From the NCBI GenBank assembly GCA_000934665.2, contig KZ538936.1, positions 1 to 39,472 on the forward strand: DNA of 39,472 nucleotides, in the 5' to 3' direction. Every line of letters begins with the position of its first letter. The first letter of the stretch is position 1. Below are positions 35,319-39,472 of this stretch, one piece after another. The notes under the pieces were generated by a model, which ran no database searches, was not told the DNA's origin, and worked only from the letters and a program-made list of their open reading frames with translations. The position numbers and the translations under genes were made by a program. This stretch comes from Catajapyx aquilonaris (lineage: Eukaryota).

Positions 35319-35746
35319 ATTGTTTGAAGCTGAGGAACAGGATTTGTTCCAAGATCTACAGTCCCTCCCACGTAATGCTGCCCTTCGTAAGCTGAATGAC
35401 CTGATCAAACGAGCACGATTGGCCAAAGTTCATGCTTACATAATCAGTGCACTGCGAAAGGACATGCCATCAATGTTTGGCAAGGACAGCAAAAAAAAGG
35501 AGCTGATCAAGGGCTTGCCCGCAATATTTGAGCAGATCCAGAGGGAACACCAAATTTCACCTGGAGATTTCCCCGACCAGAAGCGAATGCAAGAAGTATT
35601 GGTACACCATGATTTCACCAAGTTCCATCCCATCAAACCGAAGCTTCTAGAGACTGTGGACAAGATGCTGTCGGAGGATATTGCCAAACTAATGGCCCTC
35701 ATTCCCCAAGAGGAGATCATGTCTGCCAAGGAGCCTCTCATTAAAG
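35319..35746 (+). CDS. EHD1: EHD1/Past1 coding exon 3 (helical domain)
   Basis: ttccag|A TTG…AAA G|gtcctg, 428 nt, phase 2/1; RNAALRKLNDLIKRARLAKVHAYII, ISPGDFP. Confidence 0.95.
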
Positions 35747-36806
35747 GTCCTGTCAGAACCCTTTAATATGACCTCATGCATTGGTACTCTAAGATAACTA
35801 GTACTCATGAGCCTGTTAATTGAGGAATGGTGATATAAAATGCAGTGTCAAGTTAACATAATCAGATAATATCCTGATGAATGTAGAAATCCTGAGATGA
35901 TCTGCATGTTTCAGTATACAGGTCAATCTGTGCATAGACCATCACCAATCTTCTCAGGTTCCAGTAAACAGGATTCAAAGGGACAGTTTTCTTAAACACC
36001 AAATTCTCTAGAATGTGAATTGAACTTTCTGCTATACAAGTTGCAATAATTTCTACTTTTGATTAAATTATTTAAAAATCACATGTGACTCTGTCAGCAA
36101 GGTGTAAATCAGTGATCTCCTGTGAGTTTGAGTAAGAAAAGTGAAACTTTTTCCTAAGAAATCATTTATTTTATTCATTAATGCTTTTGAAATGTTTTAG
36201 AGCCATAAAGCACAAGAATCTGTAGAATATGGTGAAACCTCGATAGGGTATAATTGCTCCGTTTCACAAAAATTTACCAGAATATAGAAGTTCCCATTAT
36301 ATTGGCCAACACTAAGCTTGGAATGATAATTATGTGACCTCCCACCAGCATTTCTCAAAGGTCCCAGTTACCAAAGTTATGAAATGGCCCTTAATACAGT
36401 ACTAATTTGTACTGAGGGACCTGTGTCAGGTCCCAGTATATCTGGAAAAAATACATGGGAAATCATGGCATGATCACCAAATTTTTTCCCAGGAGACAAG
36501 TTTTCCCTTGATCCAGGGTCTGCTGCAGGCAGGAGTCACTGTATCTGTGCAGTAATGCTGCATAAAATTCTTAGTATAGTAATACCAAGTGACAATATGT
36601 TCTAAGAACCATTAGCAAATAATAGGTAGGAAAAGTGTTGCAAATAAATTGAACAATCCTTTAAATTATTAATAAATGGATATTGGAAAGCTTTCTTAGA
36701 GCAATATCTGCAAATAGTGGCAAGTTGCTTCTCCTTGCTGGCAAAGATTGTTCTAAACGTTGGCTATCACCTGAAATAATTAATTTATGTTACTCTCCGT
36801 GTTCAG

Positions 36807-36977
36807 GTGGTGCCTTTGAAGGTGTGCAAGATAAGGTGAGCCCATTTGGTTTCAAGAGAGGAGAGGGAGTTGATGCTGGATCGGGTGAACCAGAATGGGT
36901 TGTTGCTAAGGACCGATATAAGTATGATGCCACCTTTGACAGCATGGGGCCTGTTGATGGAAAAATCACTGGTGCAA
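36807..36977 (+). CDS. EHD1: EHD1/Past1 coding exon 4
   Basis: gttcag|GT GGT GCC…GCA A|gtaaga, 171 nt, phase 1/1; GGAF…SPF…EWVVAKDRYKYD…GKITG. Confidence 0.93.
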
Positions 36978-37324
36978 GTAAGACTTTTGGGCATGACTCT
37001 GGAGAAGTAATGCTCAGATTATCATTTCATTTGTCAGCATGTTTTTATTCATTACAGTTTCTCATTAAAAACTTGAATGCTACTTTTCAAATGGTCTCGT
37101 TTTGTGGCAATATGTACCACTTTAAAAATACCTGACTGCACTCTTGAATGGGACAATCTATAAGTGGATTACTAACAAGCCACTGTTTCTTATGCTGTTT
37201 TTTTTCACCTGACTATACTCCCATCAAGTGGTCAAATCTTTAAGATGCCTTATAAGACCTTGTAGCCCACTTAACTTGCTCTCAAATGATCTTTGATTCA
37301 GTCTCAAGGCGAATTTGTTTGCAG

Positions 37325-37536
37325 TTGCCAAGTCCGAGATGGTCAAGTCGAAGCTTCCTAACTCAGTGCTCGGAAAGATCTGGAAGCTTAGTGATGTGGA
37401 CAAAGATGGGATGTTAGATGCAGATGAATATGCTCTAGCCATGCACCTTATCAACATCAAGTTGGATGGCCATGACCTTCCCAACGACCTTCCAGATCAC
37501 CTGATCCCTCCGTCCAAGCGAGGATTTGAGCCATGA
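37325..37536 (+). CDS. EHD1: EHD1/Past1 last exon (EH domain)
   Basis: tttgcag|TT GCC…TGA, 212 nt; SKLPNSVLGKIWKLSDVDKDGMLDADEYALAMHLI…PPSKR. The five exons total 1617 nt = 538 aa plus stop. Confidence 0.95.
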
Positions 37537-39472
37537 AAGTAGTGCGAATTTAATCGGGGAAGATGGCCACCATTTAGAGCCTACAGTATTTATGTTGCAC
37601 CAAAGGATGCCTTATGGGAAGAATGTCATTTAATTTGAGAAAATTTTTTGTTTGCATTAATGCTATGGGTGCCACTGTAATAAAAAACGAAGTGCTATAA
37701 TTTCCCATTCCTAGGAAATTATGTTTCTTGTACGCAGTTGGAAGTTGCTCTTGCATCGTCATGGTGAGAAATTAGCTGTGAAAACGGGACCACATTTTCC
37801 ACTCCACCCGGTATGTCTTCTTGTGTTCCAGCAGCAAAGTTGCAGGTCTGTGCTATCTGGTGCTGGGAAGGTGCTTGAGATGTTTATTTTTTCCTTCTAC
37901 TACAAAAGAGGCTTTAAAAAAACACCCAATCCATATAAACCTGTGCCATTTTTTTCAAAAGTGGAAGGGTGAAAAGTGCCATCCTACACAAGCGATTCTT
38001 TATTGGAGATGGACATAGAGGTCAAAATCGCAGCATATGTCTTGCAATCGTGAGGCATTTTGGCCCCTGTGTCCATCAGCAATTAAGGCTTCCTATGTAG
38101 GATGTCAACATAGACAGCATGTTATCATTTTTATATCGATTCTTATTGTGTTAAAAGAAACTAGAAAATCTACATGTTTGCTTTTTGCTACTTGAAGTTA
38201 ATATGTATATCTATTACAAAAATAGCTTCATGTGGCTTGTGTCATTCCCAAACATTTATCGCTTAAGTCAGCTTCATGCTGTTCGAACTTTTGTCAACTT
38301 GTACAAATGGACGCCCTATTATGACAAAGTCTGAACCGTGTATCCCACTCGCCCATCCCTCTCCTGTTACATCACCTCAAGTTGATTCCTATTATGCAAA
38401 TATGTATGGAAAGATACTTAAAGAAGAATATATTATATGCCCTATGATCTTCCAAAGCAATATAGCATCCATTTGTCATTGGGAGCACATAAACCCATTT
38501 ACTAGTATTGATTTACAGATATGACGCACATTACCAATGGAAGGTTGGTGGGTGTGGGAAATAAAATCTCATCACGTTCACATTCCCTGCTGAAGGGAAA
38601 TTGCTGAAGAAGGAAAAAGGAAGCGTTACTGGGAGCAGGATGCCAACCAGACCCATCTCAAACAGTGCGCATGTGTTGCTGGATATGTACAGTGCACCCT
38701 TCTTTTTTTCCACGCCTTATTATTGCCGGAGGATACATTCAATCGGGGTCCAAGGCTACAGGCTGAATACCTAAACTAGGTGAGGGTAATGCAATGCATG
38801 CAGGGGCCAATTTGTGCCGGATGTGCTCAGCAGCAAACTTTTGCCACCCGAAGGATTGGTCACGGATGGCAAAGTCCATGGACCTTCATGTGATGCTGCC
38901 CACTGCCACTCTTTTGAGGTTCTCTGCACTATATTATGCAAGGCATGGGTGACTCACTTTTATTGCAATGGTGGAATGTGCCATAATTTTATATTCATGA
39001 TTGCCATAGGTTTTACTAGTTGGCATGTGCTCCATTTAGCTGAATAAAGTGCCACTTCAGTAAGTTCGTAAATGATGAGCTGATATCACTATATATGTAC
39101 AGTGATTTCATAAGTTTTTAAACAATCAATCAATCAATGCATTGTGACCTTTCCCTAAAAGGGGGTAGTCAGCCATGTAGGGGACCCAAATCAAATAGCC
39201 TTAAAAGCATGGCACCTAACAGATGACAGTATACATGATAACATTATATTAATAATCCAAACTAGACAAATCCCAAACACACACTAAGCATAGTTCTAAC
39301 CCACCCCCAGACATAATTATATGTATGCAATGGCTGACATACTCCTGGGATGGCAGTAGATATGACAAGCACCTTGGATACAGTACCTAAAATTGCATAG
39401 TATGCCAACCGCAGCTTTCCTTGAGCCCCAAAAAAGTGGAAAATCCGCCAGGCGGCACTGCGATCGACAGGA

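Overview
Eukaryotic genomic DNA, most likely an invertebrate/arthropod draft assembly (intron-containing genes, N gaps; species cannot be named from sequence). Three spliced housekeeping genes are supported by in-frame GT-AG exon chains. (1) The 5' part of PPP1R37 (LRR-type PP1 regulator) on the minus strand, with 3 exons at 12934-4870, continuing beyond the left edge. (2) CCS, the copper chaperone for Cu/Zn SOD, on the minus strand at about 29289-23344. (3) A complete EHD/Past1 EH-domain ATPase on the plus strand at 30376-37536 (538 aa), head-to-head with CCS across a CpG-rich promoter. Introns and intergenic DNA look CpG-depleted and are dense in non-autonomous transposons: Tc1/mariner, piggyBac-like, hAT-like and Helentron-like elements, tRNA-derived SINEs, and unclassified fold-back palindromes. 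I see no convincing new biological system. The most notable observations are transposons built from two inverted 5' ends, an in-frame catalytic-domain-deleted transposase ORF, a 3' stem-loop shared by three retroposed insertions, and a CCS intron made largely of hairpin-forming elements.
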